A stretch of DNA of 41,603 nucleotides from Actinomycetota bacterium (GTDB lineage Bacteria > Actinomycetota > UBA4738 > HRBIN12), in NCBI GenBank assembly GCA_035461565.1, contig DATHVC010000265.1, forward strand, positions 1 through 41,603. Direction: 5' to 3'. Each line of letters starts with the position of its first letter. Positions within the stretch are counted from its first letter, which is position 1. A program made the position numbers and the translations under genes. The notes below the pieces were generated by a model. That model made no database searches. It was not told where the DNA came from and was given only the letters and a program-made list of their open reading frames with translations. Positions 16,885 through 24,908 of the stretch are shown piece after piece.

Positions 16885-17823
16885 CTATCCCGGTCCCGGA
16901 GACGGCGACAAAGCCGAGGGGCAGGTGGCGGATCGCGGGCACCACGCGCAGTACGGACCGGGCCGGAGCGGCAGCGGGCGCCCGGACTGCCACGCGGCGG
17001 CGGCGCGAACGGCCTCGATCACCCGGTCGGCGGCGCGACCCAGCACGCGAGCATCCACGTCTTCGGCCTGCCATTGGCCCGAGTCCAGATACAGGGTGGC
17101 CACCCGGTAGGGCGGGACGCCGAATCGCAGCGCCAGCACCAGCGCGTAGAAGCGCATGTCTTCGGCGTGTTCCGGCCACGCCCGCCCGGTCTTGAGATCG
17201 ATGGCCAGCCGGGTGGCGCGGTTGGGTTCGGCCGGCGAGGCGGCGCCGAGCACCAGATCGAGCTGACCCGATAGCACGAGGGCGCCGCCGAGCAGCTCGG
17301 CCCGGACGTGCCACTCCGTCGAGGGTGCGAGCTGGCGGCGCAGCGGACGCAGCGGTGGCAACGTGGCCCGGAAGAGCTCGAGCGTCTTGGCCGCCTCCAT
17401 CAGCGTCTCGTCACGGCGCAGCGGATCGAGGGCCTCCCAATACGCGTGGAAGGCGTCGTCGTCGGACAGTCGATCGGCGGCCTCGGCGACGAGGCCGTGG
17501 GCGTCCCGGTCCTCCCGGCCGGCGACTTCGAGCTCGACCGACTTGTGCGCCAGCCGGCCGGCGGCGAATCGAGACGTGAACGCGAACGGCGCACGTTCGC
17601 CGGAGCGGACCGCATCGAACAGCCCCGGGCATCGGCCGAGGTCGTTCAGGTTGGACTTCCCGATCCACAGCGGTTCGGCGAGCTCGAACCCGCGCGCGGC
17701 GTCTTCGATCCGGTCGCGGATCTTCGGGACGAGGTCGCCGGGGACGAGGGGCCGCTCGCCCGTGCCGATCAAACCCTCGAGCGCCCGGCGCTGCGGGGCG
17801 GTGAGCTCGAGGGTGGCATCCAC
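16885..17823 (-). CDS. PD-(D/E)XK nuclease, Cas4/RecB-like with four-Cys cluster
   Basis: Nuclease core: GQLDLVL...RLAIDLKTG...RFYALV (D..D/ExK..Y). One N-terminal Cys (LGRCPGLF) plus a C-terminal C-x2-C-x5-C (YCAWCPRSATC) reproduce the Cas4/AddB Fe-S ligand pattern. Confidence 0.75.
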   Translation of the reverse strand: MDATLELTAPQRRALEGLIGTGERPLVPGDLVPKIRDRIEDAARGFELAEPLWIGKSNLNDLGRCPGLFDAVRSGERAPFAFTSRFAAGRLAHKSVELEVAGREDRDAHGLVAEAADRLSDDDAFHAYWEALDPLRRDETLMEAAKTLELFRATLPPLRPLRRQLAPSTEWHVRAELLGGALVLSGQLDLVLGAASPAEPNRATRLAIDLKTGRAWPEHAEDMRFYALVLALRFGVPPYRVATLYLDSGQWQAEDVDARVLGRAADRVIEAVRAAAAWQSGRPLPLRPGPYCAWCPRSATCPSALSPSPGPG

Positions 17824-17850
17824 GCGCCAATGGTAGGACTAGCCACCGAC

Positions 17851-18402
17851 ATGCCCGAGACGCCCGACGACATCCTTCGTGCGCTCGCCGACCCGGAGCG
17901 TCTGGCCATCGCCGGCGCGCTGGCGCGATCCGACGCCACGGCGGTGGGCCTGGCCGAGGCGCTCGACCAGCCGCTGGCACGCGTCCGCCGGCACCTGAAC
18001 CGGCTCACGGCCACCGGCGTGGCCCGGCTCCGCGATGACCGGCGGACGTACCGGCTCGACCGGGAGACGCTTCGGTGGGCGGCCGAGCAGGTGGGGCCGC
18101 CGCGGGACGCCGGCCTGGCGCTCGGCGCCACGACGGAGGACGAGGAGACCGTCCTTCGGACGTTCTTCCGGAACGGGCGACTCACGGAGATCCCGGCCAA
18201 GGAGTCGAAGCGCCGGATCGTCCTCGAACGTATCGCGCTCGAGTTCGAGCCGGGCGTCCGGTATGACGAACGGACGGTGAACGCCATCGTCGGCCGCTTC
18301 TTCAACGACCACGCCGCCATCCGCCGATACCTGGTCGATGCGGGGCTGCTGACGCGGGAACGCGGCGAATACTGGCGAACCGGCGGCCGGGTCGACGTGT
18401 GA
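17851..18402 (+). CDS. ArsR-like wHTH regulator fused to a DUF2087-like C-terminal domain
   Basis: ILRALADPERLAIAGALA...TAVGLAEALDQPLARVRRHLNRL is an ArsR-type wHTH. The C-terminus (FFRNGRLTEIPAKESKRRIVLERIA..FEPG..Y.E..VN......F.D.A.IRRYLVD.GLL.RE) matches the DUF2087 pattern. ATG at 17851, with an alternative at 17830. Confidence 0.75.
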   Translation: MPETPDDILRALADPERLAIAGALARSDATAVGLAEALDQPLARVRRHLNRLTATGVARLRDDRRTYRLDRETLRWAAEQVGPPRDAGLALGATTEDEETVLRTFFRNGRLTEIPAKESKRRIVLERIALEFEPGVRYDERTVNAIVGRFFNDHAAIRRYLVDAGLLTRERGEYWRTGGRVDV

Positions 18403-18404
18403 AC

Positions 18405-18437
18405 GGGGCCTTCGCGGGGCCTTCGCGGTGCCTTCCG
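18405..18437. repeat. 11-bp tandem repeat x3 (ggggccttcgc / ggggccttcgc / ggtgccttccg)
   Basis: Read directly from the sequence. It starts 3 nt after the stop of the DUF2087 gene and lies 44 nt upstream of the SLT gene start. Confidence 0.8.
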
Positions 18438-18480
18438 GCGCAACTCATGCGAAGCGCGAGGGCTGTTAGGGTCCCGGGCC

Positions 18481-18918
18481 GTGCGCGGTCCAACCAGGAC
18501 GATCCTCGCCGCCTGCCTCGCCGTGGGAAGCCTCACCTGGGCGATCCCGGCGGCCGCGGAGCACCGCCCGGGCCCCTGCGCGCTCGAGCGCGAGGAGGAC
18601 GAAGGACCACGGTTCTGGTCCATCCGCTTGATCCAATGCGCCACCGATGAGTGGACCGTCCCGGGCGGCGCCGAACGAGCGATCTGCATCGCCGAGGCCG
18701 AGAGCGGCCTCGACCCCAAGGCGAAGTCTCCCCGCGGCGAATACCTCGGCCTGTTCCAGCACGCCGCCGATGCGTGGCCCGACCGCTATCTCGAGTGGAC
18801 GAAGCGGCGGTGGCAGCTCGACGACCGGCCCCTCAACGCCCGTACCAACACGATCGTCACGATCCGGCTGGTCAACGCCGATGGCTGGGGACCCTGGCGC
18901 CACGCCGGCGACTGCTGA
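18481..18918 (+). CDS. secreted lytic transglycosylase (SLT domain)
   Basis: Signal peptide (ILAACLAVGSLTWAIPAAA). Catalytic-Glu motif IAEAESGLDPKAKSPRGEYLGLFQ (E-S...G-L-F/M-Q). Confidence 0.75.
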   Translation: MRGPTRTILAACLAVGSLTWAIPAAAEHRPGPCALEREEDEGPRFWSIRLIQCATDEWTVPGGAERAICIAEAESGLDPKAKSPRGEYLGLFQHAADAWPDRYLEWTKRRWQLDDRPLNARTNTIVTIRLVNADGWGPWRHAGDC

Positions 18919-19846
18919 GCCGTTCGTCGGCCGGCACCGCTGGACGACGGCGACGTTGGATCGCTGCCGTCGCCACGGCACCCGCCGTCAAGCACGACAG
19001 GTTGATCGCCAGGACCGCGAGGGCCCCGAGCGCGCGGTCGAGATCGGCCAGGCCGATCGCGACGCCCAGCCCGGCGGCCGCGGGGATCGTCGTCACCGAG
19101 ATCGCCACCCCCACCGCCGCGCCGGCGCTCCGGCGTTCGAAGGACAACATCGCGGCGACCCCGCCGGCGAGCGCCACCGCCGCCCCAGCCAGCCCCGGAT
19201 TCGTGATGAACGAGGTCAACACGCCGCGCCCGAAGCCTCCGCCCTGCGGGGCGTATCCGATCTCTGAGGCGATCGCGACCGTGGCCGCTCCGACCGCCGC
19301 GGCGACGCCGAGCCCGGCGAGCAGGGTGGCGGCCGCGCGCCCGGCGATCCCGGGGCGACGGCACACCAGACCAACGGACAGCGCCGAGAGATGGGCGAGG
19401 TCGGGGCTGAGCGCCATCGCCCCCACGATCAGGACCGGCTGATCGTCGTACACGCCGATCGAGGCGATGAAGCCGGCGATGGCCATGGTCACGAGGTAGG
19501 TCAACGACAGCCGGCTGTCCTCGGCCGCGCTCTCGAGCACCTCCTCCCACACCACGACGTCGGCGGCCTCGTCCCACAGGTCGCCCTCCGCAGGTCTCCC
19601 GATCTCCGTGACGTCGATGCCGCGCTGCGAGAGGGTGACGCGTTCACCCGGCACGCCGGCAGCCGCGAGCCGCTCGAGGACGAGGTCGGCCACCCCCGGC
19701 TCGACGGCCGCGGCGAGGAGGTCGTCGCCGCTCTCGACCGCGGCGGCGGGGACGCGCACCACCGTGTGGACCCCGTCCAGGGCGGTCAACACGTCGATCA
19801 CGCTCTGCGACCGAGAGGGCGGCACCAGCAGAGTGAGCGACAACAC
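18872..19846 (-). CDS. DUF389-like multi-pass membrane protein
   Basis: An N-terminal soluble region of about 110 aa is followed by Gly/Ala-rich TM helices (LVTMAIAGFIASIGV, VLIVGAMALSP, AAVGVAISVTTIPAAAG). GTG start at 19846. Its 3' end overlaps the convergent SLT gene by 47 nt. Confidence 0.65.
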   Translation of the reverse strand: MLSLTLLVPPSRSQSVIDVLTALDGVHTVVRVPAAAVESGDDLLAAAVEPGVADLVLERLAAAGVPGERVTLSQRGIDVTEIGRPAEGDLWDEAADVVVWEEVLESAAEDSRLSLTYLVTMAIAGFIASIGVYDDQPVLIVGAMALSPDLAHLSALSVGLVCRRPGIAGRAAATLLAGLGVAAAVGAATVAIASEIGYAPQGGGFGRGVLTSFITNPGLAGAAVALAGGVAAMLSFERRSAGAAVGVAISVTTIPAAAGLGVAIGLADLDRALGALAVLAINLSCLTAGAVATAAIQRRRRPAVPADERLSSRRRGARVPSHRR

Positions 19847-20128
19847 GCCGGGAGGATCATCGCATCGACGAGCCGCGCGATCGGGGACGGGACGGACCTC
19901 GCTGTCGCGGTGAGCGTCGCGGGACCTTCGACCCTGGCCGGGTGCTGCTCGAGGCAGGATCGAGCGGCCCTAGACCGATCGGGCCCCATTGGCGTTCATG
20001 CAATGTGATCGGGACCATGTCGCTGGGGTCGCCGGCCGTTCGGGAGGAACGACCGATGACCGAGGCCGTGACGGCGGTGCTGGCCGAGCCGACGGCCTTC
20101 GAGGACCGCTTCGAGGCCGAGCGCGGCC

Positions 20129-20332
20129 ATGCACGAAGGCCGCGCTTCGATCAAGGCTCTCATCACCACGGTGAAGGACCTCGAGTTCGAACGGGTCGGC
20201 GACCTGGTCGGCCGCGGATCGACGGCCTCCGGCGTCTACGAAGTCACCGGGTTTGGCGGGTCGACGATGATCGAGTCGTTCGTCGTGGTCGACGGGCAGT
20301 TGCTGTACGTGCTCGACGCCGCGGCGCCGTAG
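20129..20332 (+). CDS. small hypothetical protein (67 aa as drawn; probably part of a longer frame-disrupted gene starting at 20056)
   Basis: Clean, protein-like composition and high GC3 (MHEGRASIKALITTVKDLEFERVGDL...VVVDGQLLYVLD). See the finding on the frame switch at about 20125-20131. Confidence 0.45.
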   Translation: MHEGRASIKALITTVKDLEFERVGDLVGRGSTASGVYEVTGFGGSTMIESFVVVDGQLLYVLDAAAP

Positions 20333-20384
20333 ATCGCAAGCGCCGGCGACCGAGTAGCGCCGACCGGACAAGGGCCCGACCGAG

Positions 20385-20412
20385 GGAGCCCCCGGGTGAC
20401 CCCGGGGGCTCC
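20385..20412 (+). terminator. perfect 12-bp GC-rich hairpin (terminator or regulatory stem) 20 nt upstream of pccB
   Basis: ggagcccccggg (20385-20396), loop tgac, then cccgggggctcc (20401-20412). The arms are perfect reverse complements. No U-tract follows. Confidence 0.4.
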
Positions 20413-20432
20413 TGGCCATAGACTCGGGGCTC

Positions 20433-22022
20433 ATGGCGACCACCGAGGAACGGCCGACCGCCGGGCCGCCGGGCCCGAGCGTCGAGGAGCGGATCGAGGA
20501 GCTCCGGAAGCGGCGAGCCGCGCTGGCGGACTCGGCGCGCAAGGAGGCCGTGCGCAAGCAACACGAGAAAGGCAAGCTCACGGCCCGCGAGCGGATCGAC
20601 CTCCTGCTCGACCGCGGCACGTTCCAGGAGACCGACCCGTTCGCCGTGCACCGGACGCACGACTTCGGCATGGACCGGAACCGGCCGCCCGGCGACGGCG
20701 TGGTGACCGGCTACGGCACGATCGACGGCCGTCGAGCGTTCGTGGCCAGCCAGGACTTCACGGTGTTCGGCGGGTCGCTGGGCGAGGTCCACGCCCAGAA
20801 GATCTGCAAGGTGATGGACCTCGCGATGTCCACGGGAGCCCCGTTCGTCGCCATCAACGACTCGGGTGGCGCTCGCATCCAAGAAGGGGCAGCCAGCCTC
20901 GCCGGCTACGGCTACGTGTTCGAGCGCAACGTTCGAGCCTCGGGCGTGATCCCGCAGATCAGCGTGATCATGGGGCCGTGCGCCGGCGGCGCCGTTTACT
21001 CGCCCGCCATCACCGACTTCACGTTCATGGTGCGCGAGACCTCCCACATGTTCATCACCGGCCCGGACGTGATCAAGGCCGTGACGGGTGAGGAGGTCAC
21101 GTTCGAGGAGCTGGGCGGCGCCATGACGCACGCGAGGACCGGGGTCGCCTCGTTCGTCGCGCAGGACGAAGCGGAGTGCCTGGCGATGGTCCGCCATCTC
21201 CTCTCCTACCTGCCACCGAACAACGTGGAGGACCCTCCGTCCTACGCCCCCGTGGACGACCCCGAACGCGAGGACGACGGGCTGACCCACCTCGTGCCGG
21301 ATTCGGCGAAGGAGCCCTACGACATGCACGAAGTCGTCCGTCGCGTGGTGGACGACGGCGTCTTCTTCGAGGTCTTCCCGTATTGGGCGATGAACGTCGT
21401 GATCGGTTTCGCCCGGCTCGACGGGCACAGCGTGGGGATCGTGGCGAACCAGCCCAAGGTCCTCGCCGGCACGCTCGACATCGACTCGAGCGAGAAGGCG
21501 TCGCGATTCGTTCGCTTCTGCGACGCGTTCAACATCCCGATCGTCACCTTCGTGGACGTGCCCGGGTTCCTGCCGGGGACCGAGCAGGAGTTCGGCGGGA
21601 TCATCCGGCACGGCGCGAAGCTGCTGTACGCGTTCGCGGAAGCCACCGTGCCGAGGCTCACCGTGATCACCCGCAAGGCGTACGGCGGCGCCTACCTGGT
21701 GATGAACTCCAAACACCTGCGGGCGGACGTCTCGTTCGCGTGGCCCACCGCCGAGATCGCCGTGATGGGGCCGGAGGGCGCGGTGAACGTGGTGTTCCGC
21801 AGGCAGATCGAGAAGGCGGAGGATTCCGCGGCCGCGCGCGACGAGCTGATCCAGCAGTACCAGGAGAAGTTCGCCACGCCGTACATCGCGGCCGAGCGCG
21901 GGTTCATCGACGACGTCATCGAGCCGGCGCAGACCCGCCGCCGGCTGATCCGCGCGATGCGCATGTTGGGGACCAAACGCGAGGCGATCCCGGCCCGCAA
22001 ACACGGGAACATCCCCCTGTGA
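20433..22022 (+). CDS. pccB: propionyl-CoA / acyl-CoA carboxylase carboxyltransferase beta subunit
   Basis: Typical PccB/AccD5 sequence throughout: [87 protein letters not shown]. Confidence 0.95.
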   Translation: MATTEERPTAGPPGPSVEERIEELRKRRAALADSARKEAVRKQHEKGKLTARERIDLLLDRGTFQETDPFAVHRTHDFGMDRNRPPGDGVVTGYGTIDGRRAFVASQDFTVFGGSLGEVHAQKICKVMDLAMSTGAPFVAINDSGGARIQEGAASLAGYGYVFERNVRASGVIPQISVIMGPCAGGAVYSPAITDFTFMVRETSHMFITGPDVIKAVTGEEVTFEELGGAMTHARTGVASFVAQDEAECLAMVRHLLSYLPPNNVEDPPSYAPVDDPEREDDGLTHLVPDSAKEPYDMHEVVRRVVDDGVFFEVFPYWAMNVVIGFARLDGHSVGIVANQPKVLAGTLDIDSSEKASRFVRFCDAFNIPIVTFVDVPGFLPGTEQEFGGIIRHGAKLLYAFAEATVPRLTVITRKAYGGAYLVMNSKHLRADVSFAWPTAEIAVMGPEGAVNVVFRRQIEKAEDSAAARDELIQQYQEKFATPYIAAERGFIDDVIEPAQTRRRLIRAMRMLGTKREAIPARKHGNIPL

Positions 22023-22279
22023 GCGACGACCGGCGGTTCGAGCTCCCCGACGGGCTGACGCCGGAGGAGGAACGGGCCATCATCCGGGCCCTCGAACGGT
22101 ACTTCGCGCGGGAGAGCCCCCACCCGCATCCGTGGGTGCTCGCCGGCCGGGTGGCGGCGGCGGGCCTGGGCGCGCTCCAGGCGCGCCGGTACACGGACTC
22201 TCCGTGGCGAGTCGGCACGTACGCCCCCTACGCGCGGCGCGGGGTGGCGACCGTGCGCGGGCGGGCCGACGTCGCCTGA
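22019..22279 (+). CDS. probable acyl-CoA carboxylase epsilon subunit
   Basis: An 86-aa ORF whose GTG overlaps the pccB stop (GTGA at 22019-22022). The position after pccB and the LTPEEE.A...AL plus downstream Trp pattern resemble actinobacterial AccE/PccE. Sequence conservation in this family is weak. Confidence 0.55.
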   Translation: MSDDRRFELPDGLTPEEERAIIRALERYFARESPHPHPWVLAGRVAAAGLGALQARRYTDSPWRVGTYAPYARRGVATVRGRADVA

Positions 22280-22426
22280 TTCGGTCGTCGGCCATCGCCA
22301 GGCCGGCGGACGGGAAAACCCCGGAGATCGGTTCCAGCGCGCCGCGGTAGGGGTCGTCGAGACCGACGGCGTCGTCTGGATCACCGTGATCTTCTCCGGC
22401 GCCTGAGCCCGTCGTCCACCCGCCCG

Positions 22427-22762
22427 GTGTCGCCTCCCGGGTCGATGCGGGACCATAAGGCCGCCATGGGGGCCGTCAAGACCGAAGGGGCCGCCGCCAC
22501 GCGTGAGGACGCGCTGGGGGCGTTTCGGGCCGAGAGGTGCTCGGCACCCCGGCCCTGGGGCAACGGACCCGGCGACCGGTACGGGCGGCATTCGCACCCC
22601 TACCACAAGGTCCTGTTCTGCCTGGAGGGGTCGATCACGTTCCACCTCGACGCCGGGGAGATCACCCTGCGCGCCGGCGACCGGCTGGACCTCGAGCCGG
22701 GGACCGAACACGCCGCCACCGTGGGCCCCGACGGATGTGCGTGCGTGGAGGCGTCGCGTTGA
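22427..22762 (+). CDS. cupin-domain protein
   Basis: Cupin motifs G..Y.RHSHPYHKVLFCLEG and GDRLDLEPGTEHAA. The start is ambiguous (GTG 22427, ATG 22445, ATG 22466). Confidence 0.7.
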   Translation: MSPPGSMRDHKAAMGAVKTEGAAATREDALGAFRAERCSAPRPWGNGPGDRYGRHSHPYHKVLFCLEGSITFHLDAGEITLRAGDRLDLEPGTEHAATVGPDGCACVEASR

Positions 22763-22764
22763 GG

Positions 22765-23883
22765 GTGGCGATCCACGTCGACCAGCTCTTCCTGTCCACC
22801 CCCGGAGGGATCGGCACCTATCTCCGCAACCTGGTGCCGGCCATGGCCGGGCGCGATCCCTCGCTCGAGATCGTCCTGTTCCACGCCCGGTTCCCCTCGG
22901 CGCAGGTCCCCGAGCGGTGGATGCGCGACCACTGGGTGGAGGAGCTCCCGGCGACGATGCGGAGCCTCTATCCGCGCTGGGCGCTGGCGGGCCGACCCGC
23001 CCTCACCGCGTCGCTCCGAAGCGCCCAGATCCTGCACGCCGTCAACCACGCCGCGGTACCCCCGGCCGCCGATGGACAACGGCTCGTCGTCACCGTGCAC
23101 GACCTCGCGGTCGAACGGTTCCCTCGGCTGTTCCCGCGGACCTGGAGGGTGCTGTACCGGCTCGGCCTGCGCGCCGCGGTTCGTCGCGCCGCCGCCATCA
23201 TCACACCCTCCCGGAACACGGCGGAGGATCTCCTGTCCCGGACCGGCGTTGACCCGGCGAAGCTCCACGTGGTCCCGCTCGCGCCGACGCCTCCTTCGGG
23301 CCCGCTCGACGTAGACGAGATCCTCCTGCGCCTCAAGGTGCCGAGACGTTTCGTCCTGTTCGTCGGCACGCTCGAGCCTCGCAAGAACCTCGTCCGCCTG
23401 GTCCGCGCCTACCGGCGGGTCGCCGCCAACGGCCTGCCACACGCCCTCGTGCTGGCGGGCCCGCTCGGCTGGCATCACGAGGCGCTGATGCGTGAGCTCG
23501 CGCTGGAAGGTCCCGGCGAGATCGTCATGACGGGCGCCCTGACCGGAGAGGAGGTCGACGCCCTGTACCGGGCCGCCGACGTGTTCGCCTACCCCTCCCT
23601 GTACGAGGGATTCGGGCTCCCGATCGCAGAAGCCATGGCGCGCGGCGTTCCCGTGGTGACCTCGGCCACCTCGTCGATCCCCGAGGTGGCCGGCGATGCC
23701 GCGCTCGGCGTGGATCCGCGGTCGGTGCCCGAGATCGCCCAGGCCATCGAGTCCCTGCTCACCGACGTCGGGCTCGCCGAGCGGTGTGCCGCCCGGGGCC
23801 GGGCCCAGGCGGAGCGGTTCTCCTGGGACGAGTCGGCGAGACGGACCCTCGAGGTCTACGACCACGTTCTGCGGGCGACATGA
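22765..23883 (+). CDS. glycosyltransferase, GT4 (GT-B) family
   Basis: FVGTLEPRKN and ADVFAYPSLYEGFGLPIAEAMARGVPVVTS (E-x7-E region). The start is GTG 22765, or TTG 22759 overlapping the cupin stop. Confidence 0.88.
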   Translation: MAIHVDQLFLSTPGGIGTYLRNLVPAMAGRDPSLEIVLFHARFPSAQVPERWMRDHWVEELPATMRSLYPRWALAGRPALTASLRSAQILHAVNHAAVPPAADGQRLVVTVHDLAVERFPRLFPRTWRVLYRLGLRAAVRRAAAIITPSRNTAEDLLSRTGVDPAKLHVVPLAPTPPSGPLDVDEILLRLKVPRRFVLFVGTLEPRKNLVRLVRAYRRVAANGLPHALVLAGPLGWHHEALMRELALEGPGEIVMTGALTGEEVDALYRAADVFAYPSLYEGFGLPIAEAMARGVPVVTSATSSIPEVAGDAALGVDPRSVPEIAQAIESLLTDVGLAERCAARGRAQAERFSWDESARRTLEVYDHVLRAT

Positions 23884-23995
23884 TCTCCGGCTCATTCGGG
23901 GCCACGAGGGAGGCCGCGGGTGGCGCCGGAGCGGTGTTCGACGAGGTTCGGTGCGCCGAGGTTGTACGAGGGATATGCGAGCGTGGCGCGGCGAC

Positions 23996-24856
23996 TCAGC
24001 CGTAGTCGTAGAAGCCTCGGCCGGTCTTCCGGCCGAGGCGTCCCGCCGTCACCATCCGACGGAGGAGCGGCGGCGGCGCGAAGCGCGGATCGCGGAACTC
24101 GTCGTACAACACCTCGGCGATCTGCAGGCACGTGTCGAGGCCGATCAGGTCGGCCAGGCGGAGCGGGCCCATCGGGTGGTTCAGCCCGAGGTGGATCGCG
24201 GTGTCCACGTCCTCGCGCGTGGCGAACCCGTCCTCGAGCATGCGAATGGCGTCGTTCAGGTACGGGATCAGCAAGGTGTTCACGATGAAGCCGGCCCGAT
24301 CTCGCGACAACACCGTCGTCTTGCCGAGCGTCACGCAGTAGCTCCGCGCCACCTCGACCGTCTCGTCCGACGTCGTGATGGCCTTCACGATCTCGACGAG
24401 ACCCATGACCGGCACGGGATTGAAGAAGTGCAGGCCGATCACCAGCTCGGGTCGTTTCGTGGCGGCGCCCAGATCGGCGATCGGGATCGACGAGGTGTTC
24501 GAGGCCAGGACGACGTCGGGTCGGGTGATCTCGTCCAGCCGCCGGAACAGCTCGAGCTTGGTGTCCCGGTCCTCCGTGGCGGCCTCGATCACGAGATCGA
24601 CATCGGCGAGGTCGCCGACGTTGGTGGTGCCGCGGACCCGTTCGAGCAGCTCCTCGCGTTGCCGGGGAACGAGCTTCTCGCGCTCGACGGCCCGCAACGT
24701 CGAGGTCTCGACTCGATGCCGCCCGGACTCGACCAGCTCGTCGTCGGCCTCGAGGTACGTGACGTGTTGGCCGGCCCGGGCCGCCACCTCCACGATGCCC
24801 GAACCCATCAGGCCGCACCCCACGACCCCGACCGAGCGAACGTCTTCGCCTCTCAT
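23996..24856 (-). CDS. hbd: 3-hydroxybutyryl-CoA / 3-hydroxyacyl-CoA dehydrogenase (NAD-dependent)
   Basis: Rossmann VGVVGCGLMGSGI, then LVIEAA.E....K..LF, SNTSS, HFFNPVPVM.LVE, GF.VN and GRKTGRGFYDY. I prefer ATG at 24856 (MRGEDVRSVGVVG). Confidence 0.92.
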   Translation of the reverse strand: MRGEDVRSVGVVGCGLMGSGIVEVAARAGQHVTYLEADDELVESGRHRVETSTLRAVEREKLVPRQREELLERVRGTTNVGDLADVDLVIEAATEDRDTKLELFRRLDEITRPDVVLASNTSSIPIADLGAATKRPELVIGLHFFNPVPVMGLVEIVKAITTSDETVEVARSYCVTLGKTTVLSRDRAGFIVNTLLIPYLNDAIRMLEDGFATREDVDTAIHLGLNHPMGPLRLADLIGLDTCLQIAEVLYDEFRDPRFAPPPLLRRMVTAGRLGRKTGRGFYDYG

Positions 24857-24893
24857 CGCGCTCTCCGAACGAACCGCCGTCAGAAGCCGAGCG

Positions 24894-24899
24894 TACAAT
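24894..24899 (+). promoter_or_regulatory. candidate -10 hexamer TACAAT for a leaderless/near-leaderless transcript starting at GTG 24909
   Basis: TACAAT stands out in GC-rich DNA. It lies 9 nt upstream of GTG 24909 in a 52-nt divergent intergenic region, and there is no SD in between. Confidence 0.3.
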
Positions 24900-24908
24900 C
24901 ATCGGATC

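Noticed and set aside
15069-17195. 708-aa plus-strand ORF and 431-aa minus-strand ORF over the ccr locus
   Set aside because: The ccr frame (15603-16844, minus) is collinear with characterised Ccr enzymes. The alternatives are low-complexity Arg/Pro/Gly translations.
18403-18480. Possible ydaO (c-di-AMP) riboswitch upstream of the secreted transglycosylase gene
   Set aside because: The intergenic region is only 78 nt, too short for that riboswitch, and I could not see its conserved pseudoknotted elements. I reported only the tandem 11-mer.
20244-22004. 586-aa minus-strand ORF antisense to pccB
   Set aside because: The PccB frame carries every carboxyltransferase motif. The antisense ORF is a GC-driven artefact.
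22280-22426. 147-nt intergenic region after the epsilon-subunit gene, considered as a small RNA (for example 6C-like)
   Set aside because: It contains only a trivial 4-bp stem (cggg-aaaa-cccg). There are no paired C-rich loops, no terminator and no promoter-like elements.
23884-23995. Inverted repeat ctccggc (23885-23891) / gccggag (23925-23931) between the convergent GT4 and hbd genes, considered as a terminator
   Set aside because: It is a 7-bp stem with a 33-nt loop, too weak to call, and no better structure was seen by eye.
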